Positions 1-10,382 of a DNA stretch of 38,792 nt are shown piece after piece (position 1 is the stretch's first letter; every line of letters begins with the position of its first letter). The notes under the pieces are model-generated. The model searched no databases. It was not told where the DNA came from and saw only the letters and a program-made list of their open reading frames with translations. Both the position numbers and the translations under genes were made by a program. Source of the stretch: Craspedostauros australis (taxonomy: Eukaryota); the NCBI GenBank assembly GCA_030167865.1, contig JALAGF010004182.1, positions 1 to 38,792 of the forward strand, given 5' to 3'.

Positions 1-73
1 TCACCTTTAGCTCAGTTGGCAGAGCGTGCGACTGTTAATCGCAAGGCCACTGGTTCGATCCCAGTATGGTGAG
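1..73 (+). tRNA. trnN-GTT: tRNA-Asn (anticodon GTT)
   Basis: Full cloverleaf. Acceptor stem TCACCTT(1-7)/ATGGTGA(66-72) has a U6:U67 mismatch. D arm is GCTC...GAGC. Anticodon stem TGCGA/TCGCA encloses loop CTGTTAA (GTT at 34-36). T arm is ACTGG-TTCGATC-CCAGT and the discriminator is G73. No encoded CCA; TTTT follows at 75-78 (Pol III terminator-like). Confidence 0.96.
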
Positions 74-424
74 CTTTTACTCAATATGTTTTGGACAAGT
101 CCCCTTTTGTTCCTCCTTCGACTCCGCCCAATTCAACCAGGGCTCGCAATCAGTGTTTTGCATCCACAAGTGCGCGAAGGTTGCTGTCTCATCCATAGTC
201 GTAGTATCCAGTATGTCATTATGTGCTCATGACACAAACGCACCTTGGAACATGACCCTGACGGTGTACTGTTTTGTTAGTCGTATCGACCCACGTGAGC
301 GTTGGCATCAACAGCAGCAACATCGTACGTGAAGTGATCTGCGCAGCACATGCGAAGGGATCCATGCGACGCATGCGTACGCAGCTCCATTCCACCCTAA
401 CATGCATATTGGCTGCTTCTATCC

Positions 425-2029
425 TTATTTCTTGTGTCGGTACTTCTTGGTTTGCTTGCCAATCGTGCGGCCACGACCGCCACCCGAATACCCTTTGTGG
501 ATTTCATTCTGGATCATGCCTTCCAGCCCGTCCTCTTCCGACCCCATGCGTCCAGGCTTGCGCTTTCGGCGACCTCCGTGGCCCTTGGCGGCTGCCAGCT
601 GCTCCTTCAATTCCCGTGTCGCCAACCGCTGCGCATCGTTGACGCGTTCCAACAGCACCAGCACCGTCTCTTCATCCAGCTTGTATTCGGGCAGCTTCCT
701 GCCGAGCAGGTGCTCCAATCGCTGGTACACCTCGACATCGTACTGCGTCACCATCGCGATGGCCTTTCCGGATCTTCCAGCACGCGCCGTGCGTCCGACT
801 CTGTGAATGTAATCCTTTCCATGTCCGGGCAGATCGAAGTTGATGACCACATCCACCTGTGGGATATCCAAACCACGGCTGGCCACGTCCGTGCAGATGA
901 GGATGGATCGGTCGCCCGTTGTGAAATTGTGTAGCGCACCCAAACGCTTCGGCTGCGACATCTGACCGTGCAAGCAAATTGCCGGGAAACCGAGGTTGCG
1001 CAGCATCAGCGCCAGCCTTTGGACGTTGTTGCATGTGGCCCCGAAGACCAAAATGGACTGCCCGGCGTGTTCGTGGATGAGGTAGGTCAGGTAGCAGTCC
1101 TTGTACTTGGCGGGGATGAAGAGGTAGTTCTGCAGCAATTGCTTGGGGGTGGAGAACTTGGTCGATACCTCCACCTTGACGGGATCCTTGAGCGCCGCTC
1201 GTTGCAGCTTCTGCACCTTCGACGTCATGGTCGCGGAGAAGAGGAGCGTCTTGCGGCCCTCTGACGGAATGACCTCAAGCAGCTCGTTCAGCTCCTGCTC
1301 GAAATCCAACGAAAGCATGCGGTCGGCCTCATCAAGGACGAGATACCTCAGCTTGCGCAGATTGAAGCCCTTCGTGTTGGTGAGGTGATCGAGCAACCGT
1401 CCCGGCGTGGCAACGATGATGTGCGGATTGCGTCCCAACGCGATGGATTGCTGTGTCATGGGCACCCCACCCACGACGCACACGCTGGTGGCCCCGATGG
1501 TCGTGCCCAACGCATCGACGACCTTGTGGATCTGAAAGGCCAGCTCACGTGTTGGTGCCAGCATGACCGCGAACGCAGCACCGCGCACAGGATTGTTCAG
1601 CAGGTCCTGCAGGACCGGCAGGCAGAACGCCGCTGTCTTTCCCGATCCTGTCTCCGCCAAACCAATGATGTCTCTGCCCTCCAGAGCTTCCGGCAGGACC
1701 TTCTCTTGGATGCGGCTGGCGAACTTCCAGCCCAACGAATCGCACGCCTTGCACAGTGGCTCGCAAACGCCAAGCGTTTCGAATTTGGTCGTCGTGATGA
1801 TCCCTGTGTCGTTGTCTTCTTCTGCCGCCGATTCTGCGCTCTTGCCAGAATCGTTGCTTGCATCGTTGCTTGTATCGTTGCCATCTGCGGCAGCGGCGGC
1901 CAGCTTGGTCTCCTTGTCGGACACATCTTCTTCCACCTTTCTCTCTCGAGGCTTGGATTCTGCCTTGCTCGACCTCTTGACCTTCTTGACCTTCTTGTTG
2001 CTCTTGGATTTCTTGTCGCTTGATCCCAT
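425..2029 (-). CDS. RRP3: DEAD-box RNA helicase RRP3/DDX47 (18S rRNA processing), 534 aa
   Basis: Q motif, GLAETGSGKT, PTRELA, TPGRLLDHL, DEADRML, SAT, TDVASRGLDIP and YIHRVGRTARAGRSG. The KYKDCYL and TQYDVEVYQRLE segments are typical of DDX47/Rrp3. Confidence 0.93.
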   Translation of the reverse strand: MGSSDKKSKSNKKVKKVKRSSKAESKPRERKVEEDVSDKETKLAAAAADGNDTSNDASNDSGKSAESAAEEDNDTGIITTTKFETLGVCEPLCKACDSLGWKFASRIQEKVLPEALEGRDIIGLAETGSGKTAAFCLPVLQDLLNNPVRGAAFAVMLAPTRELAFQIHKVVDALGTTIGATSVCVVGGVPMTQQSIALGRNPHIIVATPGRLLDHLTNTKGFNLRKLRYLVLDEADRMLSLDFEQELNELLEVIPSEGRKTLLFSATMTSKVQKLQRAALKDPVKVEVSTKFSTPKQLLQNYLFIPAKYKDCYLTYLIHEHAGQSILVFGATCNNVQRLALMLRNLGFPAICLHGQMSQPKRLGALHNFTTGDRSILICTDVASRGLDIPQVDVVINFDLPGHGKDYIHRVGRTARAGRSGKAIAMVTQYDVEVYQRLEHLLGRKLPEYKLDEETVLVLLERVNDAQRLATRELKEQLAAAKGHGGRRKRKPGRMGSEEDGLEGMIQNEIHKGYSGGGRGRTIGKQTKKYRHKK

Positions 2030-2510
2030 GATGCCGTTCTCCGTGGAGTACTCTAGAGCATAGTGTATTGTCTCTTACCCCGGTTCTTGTAGTATTGGTC
2101 ACAATGCATCTACTGCTGGTGGTGCTTGTTGTACTTGTGGAGGTTCGTTGCTAACGGTGCCATTCATCACTCGTATCAATGCGACGACGAACAGAACAGG
2201 ACTGAATGGTGTTGTTGGTTGGACTTCTCTCCTTTTCATGTCCCGGTATTTGTTTCCTTCCACGCAGTTTTGGTGGTTGTTGCTCAATTTCGCGCGCGAA
2301 GGACAGATTGACAGACCGTGTGAGGATCATTGAGTCTTGTTGATTCACACTTGAAGCGTCACGAAGAGGAACACGTTTCCACGATGATCGTGTATGCAGA
2401 CACAAGACTCCGAGAGTCCAATCCCACCAGACAGACATGGGACCAGTGAAATAGACATCCTACATGGTAAAGGTCAACAACTAACCAGCAGAAAGCGAAA
2501 GCACCATACA

Positions 2511-2580
2511 GCGAGATGATGCGGGAGCTAACGAGCCGATGGGGAAGCTAACGAGATGATGGGGAAGCTAATGAGATGAT
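2511..2580. repeat. 20-bp tandem repeat, ~3.5 copies (consensus ACGAGATGATGGGGAAGCTA)
   Basis: gcgagatgatgcgggagcta / acgagccgatggggaagcta / acgagatgatggggaagcta / atgagatgat, in the divergent intergenic region. Confidence 0.9.
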
Positions 2581-2705
2581 GAACCAGATGTGAGCCCCCT
2601 CCGTCAACTTCACATAAAAACGAAAAGAGAACAACCAGAAAGGTCCACAGCAAACTCACACAACTACCAATCGGAACAACAATAATCAATCGCGAGAAGG
2701 AAACA

Positions 2706-3494
2706 ATGAACAAACTCATCCAGGACATTTCAGATGTGGCTGCACAGGCAGTTAGCGATCATGGCAAGGATGCTGCCCGGCTTCTCACTGGCACGATCAT
2801 TCTTACAATTGCGATGGAGGTGTGGTGCATCGACACCGTGAAGGGGCTCCTATCTCAGCCCAAGGGGAAAGACTTGTACATGAAGGGAATTGCAGCCAAC
2901 ATCCTGTACCTCGTCATTCTGGGTGTTCCAGGCTTCATCATCTCTTGCATGATTGCGATCGATGAACATGCCCTGGACATTCATCGGCAGATACTCAGCG
3001 TTGCTTGCTTCCTCTTTGGGCACGGAGCGCAGTACTACGTCATCCACAAGGCGTTCCACGAATACCCCGCGCTGTACAAATACCACAAGTTCCACCATCA
3101 GTTCAACGTCTACGCCCCGCCAAGCGCAGCCAACGCTGTGTCGTTCACAGAATACTCTATGGCGTACGTCACACCATTCATCATCACGACACTTATCTTC
3201 CCACTGGATAAACTGTCGCTCACCATCGGAGCGGGGATCCTGTCCACAGGCAATATCCTTGTTCACACACCAAAGCTCGAAGCTTGGGCGCAGCGCGTGT
3301 TGCCGGAATGGTGGGTCACCACACACGACCATCTGGAGCACCACCGCAAGCAGCAGTGTCATTACGCATCGCCGACACTTGATTTCGACTACATCGTGGA
3401 GGTTGCGAACAATGCACTCAGCACGCTCAACGCAGGTTCAAAATCCGATTTGAACTTGGAAGCCACATCCACTGTGTCCCATATCGATAAATGA
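2706..3494 (+). CDS. Fatty acid hydroxylase / sterol desaturase family membrane protein, 262 aa
   Basis: His boxes YYVIHKAFH, YHKFHH and HDHLEHH, with interspersed hydrophobic helices. Confidence 0.85.
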   Translation: MNKLIQDISDVAAQAVSDHGKDAARLLTGTIILTIAMEVWCIDTVKGLLSQPKGKDLYMKGIAANILYLVILGVPGFIISCMIAIDEHALDIHRQILSVACFLFGHGAQYYVIHKAFHEYPALYKYHKFHHQFNVYAPPSAANAVSFTEYSMAYVTPFIITTLIFPLDKLSLTIGAGILSTGNILVHTPKLEAWAQRVLPEWWVTTHDHLEHHRKQQCHYASPTLDFDYIVEVANNALSTLNAGSKSDLNLEATSTVSHIDK

Positions 3495-3763
3495 CGAAAG
3501 ATATCAGTTTTGTGCTTGAACGATACAGGAGGGCATTGCGACGACTCGGAACAGACCTCTGCACACAAATCACTGAACACTCAAAGAGATTCGGCATTCC
3601 ATTGGATGATATTATAGAATAATAAACATAGACATACAAACGTTACAGGAAATATGCAGTAGGATGAGTCAAAGGATGCTTTCGTTTTCTGTGTGTGGTT
3701 TGTTCTTGGTCTTGGTCTTGGGACTCTACGACTACTCCAACGTTTGTTTCCTCCCATTCGTCT

Positions 3764-5616
3764 CTCTCTCCAGTGTCTTTTGGCTTGGGTGGAGGCCAAA
3801 TTTTTTGGTAACCATTGGTAACAATTGGTAACTAGTCGTACGAGTCAGTTTCGCTGTAGACGATGGTACAAGCTGTACGTCAGTCCCACGCGAAGTTGCC
3901 CCAAAAACACCTTTTCTGCCACAAACCTCATCGGCAAGTCCATGCCGCTCCATTCGTTTGAGCTCTCCTTTCGTGAGCACTTTCATGTGTGGCTTTTAAT
4001 CGCACCCTCCAACTTTGGTGGCGATTGGTTGGGGAGTTGTCGAGATCTGCTCGTTTCTTTGGAGCAGGCACTCGTTGTTCCCATTCACGAATGCCAATCA
4101 CCACGATATATCGTGGCGAATTTCTGTGTACCCCACCGCATGTTAACACGCGGTGGAAATGATCACAAAACAATGTGATACCAACCGATGTGTTCCTCAC
4201 ATGCTATGATCAGTTCCTTACATCCTGATATCATCCATTGTGGCTTCGTTCATCGTATTGCATTGTAGTTGATGATATGGTTGATACTTTCTGCAATAGC
4301 ATTTCAGTTCTGCTCTAGAATACCGTATGCCAGCAACCTTCTTGGCAACAGCAACTTGGATGCATGCATATCATTGCATCCATCCTGCTTGGGGGAGAAA
4401 TGATCCCTTGATTACCAGCAGCACACAAGAGCAGTCCAGAATGGATCAGAGTAGAGCGTTTCACACCGAGGAGTCCAATCTCGCCATGCTCTGACCACTC
4501 TTCTTTGGATCTTCCGCATCGCTGAGCATGTGCAACTGCGCCGCGCAAAATTTCCACGCAATATGCGTGCATTTTAGCACGTATCGCGTGCGCAATGTAG
4601 AGGCCAGCAGTCGATTGGCCTTAGCGGCGCTGAAGATCAGTAGAGAACATCAGGCTTCCTCCATACGACTAGAACGGTTCGAACACGGTTTGATAAAGCA
4701 CGAACAGTGACTGCGTCAACGAATTCACCCATGGCATGAACGTGAGATAAGTGGCAAGTCTTTGCGAGGGTGTAGCAACCAATGTCAATGGAGGCAGTTG
4801 TGGCACGTGATCAGGAAGCGGTGTTTCCTCGCAAGGATAGTACGCGATAAAGCGACGAACAGAACTTGCAGTTGGTATATCTTTGGAGGAAGTGAGGTTC
4901 GAAGACCAATACTACACGGGCAGGCGCAGGAGAGAATATTGCGTCTATTGAAAGCAACGGCACGATGATCCGACGTCAGGGCAACGCACAACCTTGTATC
5001 AAGTAGAGAGACTCAGGTGAGCAACACAGTCCGAATCTACAACACGTTAAAACGCACGATAATTTTTGGCGCCAACTTTTGTGCGTTCACGGATCGATGA
5101 TCATGGCTGTCACGAGCATTAGTGACTAACTTTAAACACCCAAAGCAACACACAAAGGCATCCTGCACTGCTGACCAGAACACCACCCGAAGCAGAATGA
5201 AGCGACGAATACAACCATGCCATTCACTTGAGCAATAGACGAAACAGAATTGGATGCGGGTCTTTGGAAGGCCGTCGGCCAAGATTGGACCAAGAAGCAA
5301 TAAATTATTGTACCAGAATGTCGTAGACTCTACGCAGTCACCAACGAAAAAATTCCGAAACCACGTCCGTGCGTCGTCCGTATGAAAAAGGTCGATAAAG
5401 AGTTAAAACAGGCATCGAGATGAACAGGAAGCGGAGACCGTTTGCCGACAATGAACACATCAACAGAGAGCTCTCACTCTCTACTTTCTAATGATGTCAA
5501 GATGTCAGGCAACGGCCATCACCTCATCGAATGGCAGCTTGTGCCGTCGGCGATATGCCAATGGTTACCAATAATTACCAAAAAACCGGAAATTAGCCAC
5601 GAGACACTAGAGAGAG
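3764..5616. mobile_element. Putative decayed/non-autonomous TIR DNA transposon (~1.85 kb)
   Basis: Bipartite inverted repeats: 3764-3785 vs reverse complement of 5595-5616 (19/22 identical) and 3801-3828 vs reverse complement of 5558-5585 (25/28). Flanks TCGTCT/TGGTCT are a possible degenerate 6-bp TSD. The interior has only short, stop-interrupted frames. Confidence 0.6.
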
Positions 5617-5950
5617 TGGTCTGGAGAGTTTGAATTATTTCCTCGTCCACGCCAAACAGTTGTGGTCTCGCAGTTGAGGACAAATACCAACGTACTTATC
5701 ATACGATCTATGGTACTTGGACGCATGGTAACTGTCATGACAAGCGGGAAGATCTGGATTCTTGATTGGAATCTGCAAACGCGAGGCTCCCCCAAATCCC
5801 GCGAGCTCTCGAGAGACGGTCGAATAGATCCCCCACGCTGCGGCATATCATATCACAACTCCACCCCATTGGCAAACATCATAAAACTGACACAAAATTC
5901 TGTTGTACGGTCCAGTATTCGATCTTATGTTTCGGTATTACTGCGTGAGT

Positions 5951-6656
5951 TTACTCCTCGGGGATCTCGATCTCACCATCGTCGATGGCGGATTGGATGT
6001 CACGTGGGGATTCTCCGTTGACGGTGCATCCGATGGAGTTGCAGGTTCCCAAGATCTCCTTGACGGTTCCGGACAACTTGCGGGCCATAGATCGCTCGCG
6101 CATTTCCTTGGCGATGTCGATGACGGCATCGAGGGTGAGGTTTCCTTCGTGCTTGACGTTCTTCACCTTCTTGCGGTCACGGACTGGCTCGTTGAGAGCC
6201 TTCATGACCAAGGAGGACGAGGATGGGATCATGCTGACAGTGGCCTGACGGTTGACGACCGTGAGCTTGACAGTGACGTTGAGACCCTTCCAGTCCATGG
6301 TGGCCTTTTGGATGTCCTCTCCAACCTTCTTTGGAGAGAGACCAAGAGGACCGATCTTTGGCGCAAGGGAGGAGGCCGAACCGACCTCACCTCCCACGGT
6401 GCGCATGATCACTGCATGATGAAGCGTTCATGATCGTCGCAGGCAGCAGGTGCGTGTGCATCGGAGAAGGGAAGAAGAGTGGTGCGTGAGTTTGCATTTT
6501 TCCTTCATTTCATTTTGCACGCGCAACACGGAGGACGGCGCATCTGCGCTCACAATGCGTTGAACGATCACCTCCATCTCCAGCTCCGTCGGCACCACCA
6601 TCACAGCTTGCTTGTCACATACCGATCTTGACATCATCACTTGGTGGAGGGCCCAT
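5951..6656 (-). CDS. RPL12: 60S ribosomal protein L12 (uL11); exons 6656-6623 and 6411-5951, intron 6412-6622
   Basis: [32 protein letters not shown]...WKGL...[19 protein letters not shown]...TGCAG phase-1 intron restores the N-terminus [20 protein letters not shown]. Confidence 0.96.
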
Positions 6657-7303
6657 GGTGTTTAAAGACGATGACAGTAACTTGCTGACTACGACAACCC
6701 TTGAGGAACTTTAGCTTGTTGCTGATTTATGTTTTTCGCCGTCATCCACTGTTGCTGCAGTTTTGGTGGTTGTTGGCTTTCGTGGGATGCCTTTGTTGAT
6801 GGTGGTTGTCGCTGTTGTTGGTTTTCTTGTTGGATGCACATTACCTGTTACTACACAGCACACACGTGACTGAAAATGCGTGACTCGTAGTCACTAGACT
6901 GTATCTAGAGAGTAGAGTGCTGTCGCTCCCGAGAGAGAGAGAATCTCGATTGTGATGTACGTACCGGCATGTATAGTACAGTACATACGACTATGGTACA
7001 CACGCACAATGGAAGGCTGATCGATTTTCACAAAGTCGATTAAATCAATCTGTGGTGGAGTGTGCAGACTAGGAGCAGCCCGAGAAACTGCATTCCGACG
7101 CTGCGTAGCATACACCAGAGAGAGTGAATGACGAATTGAGCAGCACAGCACACGTGCGGTGCATTTGTCCTTGTAGATCATGGTTGATGATGTCGCTGTT
7201 GCTTGGGCGCTTCCTTTCACATTCGCGATCGGGAATCCACATAGGAAAAGTGACAGGGACTCTGCAGAGCTGACGGTGCATCGGCCTCCATCCTATCGTC
7301 TCT

Positions 7304-9334
7304 TTATTCGTCTTCGCCTTCCCCTTCGTCTATATCTTCATTCTCGTCTCTGTCCTCCATGAGGCTATCAAAGAAGCACTGGGGAGCATCCTTGACGAAG
7401 AATCGGTGATCGATGCCATGCGGGATGAGCATGGCCTTGTCTTCATCTTCTTTGGAGACTGATGACTTGACCTCCTCCCATGCTGGCGTGATCAAAGGCA
7501 TGGGCACAGAATCGAGCTTGGCTAGTGCGGATGCCGTGTGCTTGGTGATTGATGCGTCGCTGGCATATCCAGACTGGAGCTGCTGCACCCATGTGTGCTC
7601 CTGCGATGCCGGTGGCAACGGACCACACGGTCCATACAGACGTCGGTTCGTCATCTTCTCCGGCACATTGCGGGTCCAGAATCCAACCAAGACCGTGAGG
7701 CGATGATTGACTTTCTGGTTGGATGATTTGGCTTCAGCCGAGGAAAGCGCCGCGTGCCACTGTTTTAGCAGGTCTGCCGACTTCGTCGATTGATCTTCCT
7801 GCGTTGATTTCTGGGCATCGGCTTTGCCTGGACACGGAAGGACCCCGTGCAGCAAGTTGCCAGGGAACATCATGAATGTGTTGTCGTGCGGCGTTGATTT
7901 CCAGCAGCAGTGCGACGCCTCTTCCGATTGAGGGGGTTGATCGAACACGATCGTCGCACCTGCCTCGCTCTCATCGTTGCCGCCCGTCAGATACAGCACG
8001 GAGGAGATGACGGGATGCGTCACCTTGCCTTCCTTCGCCAGCATGGATTCATCTGTGTCGAAGTGCAGGTTGTGTCCGAGATTAGCCTGGATGGGACGCG
8101 TGTGCGCCCACCATTCAAACCCGCAGATCGTCTCATCCGACTTTGAGGCGGACAGCACTTCTTTCGCGCGCGGTAGCAAGTGCCGTATGATGACATCTTC
8201 CATGAGGTCTGTTGGTTGCTGGCCATCACCGTTGATGTCTCCAAAAAACGAGTAGTACCCTCTGTTGGAGTAATCACTTTCCTTCCAGAATGCGGCGTCG
8301 GGGGCGAAGACCTTGAGCAGATTTTGGTAGACGTCTTTTGGCAAGAACCCGTCCTGTGGTCGGAATGCCAGCGGTTCGAAGAGTGCATGTTGAGACTTGA
8401 CCTGCGTCGGCGTCCCTGCCATTTGCCATACGTTGGGGTGTATGCGATGCGTCAGAGCGAAGTGCTGCAGATGCTGCATGGCCTTGTCGTGATCACCTGC
8501 TGTGGACAAAAGCATCGCCAACATGAACCGTGACGTTGCTTCCACCATGGAATACGAGTAGTATCCTTCATCTTCGCCTTCGTCTTCCTCGTCCTTCAGT
8601 TCTTCCTCTTGCTTGTCCTGCCCACTGTCTTCGTCGTTGTCATCGTTGTCGTCGTTGTCATCGTCGTCATCACCGATGAATTCGACGCCCAACACCTGAT
8701 GCAGGATGAGCAATTCGATCCATTCCTTGACAAGCGCATCGACATCTTCGTCCTCCAGCATCTTCAAGGCCAGAGGACGAAGGCCTTGGGATGCGGACAC
8801 CGCCTTTTCGTACCACTGCCGGATCGCCGCGGGCGACAGATGCTTCGACATGCGCCCGAAGTTGGCGCCCATGGACCATGCCCCCGCGTTGTGCGGATAA
8901 TACTTGAGCGCCATCGACACGTGATGCCAGGGCTGCTTGTTTGTTTCCGCGATGGCATCTTCGCCGCCTTCCAACATCGCTTGATGCTGCAGGTACTCCG
9001 AGATGGCCGCATCTGCCAAATGATAATGCGCGACGCTGATGAGGATCGGGAGCATGGTGATCACGCTCAACGCAGAACCGGCGGATTCGAAGAGATTGCT
9101 GACATGCGGCTGGATGTGATCTGATGTGATCTCCAAGAGCTCCCGCAGTTCGTCGTGATCGCCTTCGTCGTTGTTGCCGCAGGAGTCCAGATAGTTGCGA
9201 TAGTGCTGCCAGGCAGCGCCAGCGAGTTCGTTGGCGTCAGCAGTCTTTTGCTTCTTGCTGGTGCTGTTGTTGCTGCCATCGTTGCCGCCGGCACTGCTGC
9301 TATCAGGATCGCACTTCCTCGATGGCTTTGTCAT
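7304..9334 (-). CDS. Uncharacterised protein with helical N-terminus, acidic linker and C-terminal 2OG-Fe(II) oxygenase-like domain (~676 aa; probable start MTKPSRK)
   Basis: FEWWAH...GHNLHFDTDE (HxD), HPVISSVLYL, GATIVF, FPGNLLHGV (distal His) and RLTVLVGFW (2OG-binding Arg). The ORF is open to 9469; the start was chosen by inspection. Confidence 0.7.
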   Translation of the reverse strand: MTKPSRKCDPDSSSAGGNDGSNNSTSKKQKTADANELAGAAWQHYRNYLDSCGNNDEGDHDELRELLEITSDHIQPHVSNLFESAGSALSVITMLPILISVAHYHLADAAISEYLQHQAMLEGGEDAIAETNKQPWHHVSMALKYYPHNAGAWSMGANFGRMSKHLSPAAIRQWYEKAVSASQGLRPLALKMLEDEDVDALVKEWIELLILHQVLGVEFIGDDDDDNDDNDDNDEDSGQDKQEEELKDEEDEGEDEGYYSYSMVEATSRFMLAMLLSTAGDHDKAMQHLQHFALTHRIHPNVWQMAGTPTQVKSQHALFEPLAFRPQDGFLPKDVYQNLLKVFAPDAAFWKESDYSNRGYYSFFGDINGDGQQPTDLMEDVIIRHLLPRAKEVLSASKSDETICGFEWWAHTRPIQANLGHNLHFDTDESMLAKEGKVTHPVISSVLYLTGGNDESEAGATIVFDQPPQSEEASHCCWKSTPHDNTFMMFPGNLLHGVLPCPGKADAQKSTQEDQSTKSADLLKQWHAALSSAEAKSSNQKVNHRLTVLVGFWTRNVPEKMTNRRLYGPCGPLPPASQEHTWVQQLQSGYASDASITKHTASALAKLDSVPMPLITPAWEEVKSSVSKEDEDKAMLIPHGIDHRFFVKDAPQCFFDSLMEDRDENEDIDEGEGEDE

Positions 9335-10311
9335 GTTGGTTCGGTCAATTGCAATGCGATTCAATTCCGCTTGATGGTGAGATCGTGTGGTCGTGTGGTC
9401 GTCTCGTTGTTGATGTTGGGTGGAGCAGATGCATGTGCGAATGCTTCTGTGTGCTTTGCATACCTCCACCTCTCTCTCTCGAGTCGCAGAGTCTTGCTAT
9501 GTCTTCCCACTTGCCAGTGTAGGTACTTATTCTATGATTGTTGCAGCCCATGCCTCTGTTGGATAGTCGTACGAGTGCCGTGGACTGCGCGATGCTTCAT
9601 CGGTTTGGGAAGCTGCAACGTCAGGTGATCGGTTTGTGTCTTTCTCTTTCTCTGCGGTCGTATCTTTTTGGTTGGTCCTGGTTGGTGGTGATGTTGGCGA
9701 TGATCGTGATGTCATGAATTTGGTATCTTTCTCACTCCGCAGAGAGCCGCGCTCACGCGTGCTGTTGAGATTTGTCGCATGCGGCCTGCCTCGTGCGTGT
9801 GTTTGGAGTCGCGGCTGCTGACGGTTAACGGATTCAACCGATGCGAGTGGGAAGAAAGCGGGCAGGCGCAGAGTTGCGACATTCTTTGCGTTCCCAGTCG
9901 TGTAATTGTTGTGCGGTGAAAACAGCAATGATCTCTTGAGACGGCCAGTAGGACACGAACGGAATTTGAATGTTGGATGGCGCCACAAGAGAGACAACGA
10001 GCGGACCTTTTCGAAAGGACGCCCTTTCGCACGAGCAAACACACGGAGGGAACAGACGCACTCAGCACAGAAGACAGGAAGGCCAACGCGGGCGAGAGCG
10101 ACAGCTCATCCTCCACAAGAGGCGGCTCCAACCCAGCGCATTTTATTGCTCCATCATTGTTGCGACCATCATTGCGACCATCATCGCTGTTGGTGCCATC
10201 ACTATCTGCTCGCTCGTCGGCATTGCGTTGTTGCGGTTGCACTCCGGAGGCGACAAGCAACAGGCAAAGTCTCATTCATCTGAATTGAATGTCCATGCTC
10301 GCAGCTCGTGC

Positions 10312-10360
10312 AAGTACGAGTACGAGTACGACTGAGCCGACGTTGACGTTGACGTTGACG
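10312..10360. repeat. Adjacent hexanucleotide microsatellites (AGTACG)x3 and (GACGTT)x3-4
   Basis: aagtacgagtacgagtacgac ... gacgttgacgttgacgttgacgg, just upstream of the 10383 start. Confidence 0.8.
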
Positions 10361-10382
10361 GCAGCAACGAAACGAGCACACA

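Noticed and set aside
2511-2580. Possible CRISPR-like array
   Set aside because: The units are contiguous tandem copies with no unique spacers, there are no cas genes, and the context is eukaryotic.
4670-4700. GGTTCGAA T-loop-like motif suggesting a second tRNA
   Set aside because: No T stem or cloverleaf can be formed around it.
6412-6622. Possible intronic snoRNA in RPL12
   Set aside because: No convincing C/D box pair with a terminal stem, and no H/ACA hairpin layout, could be seen.
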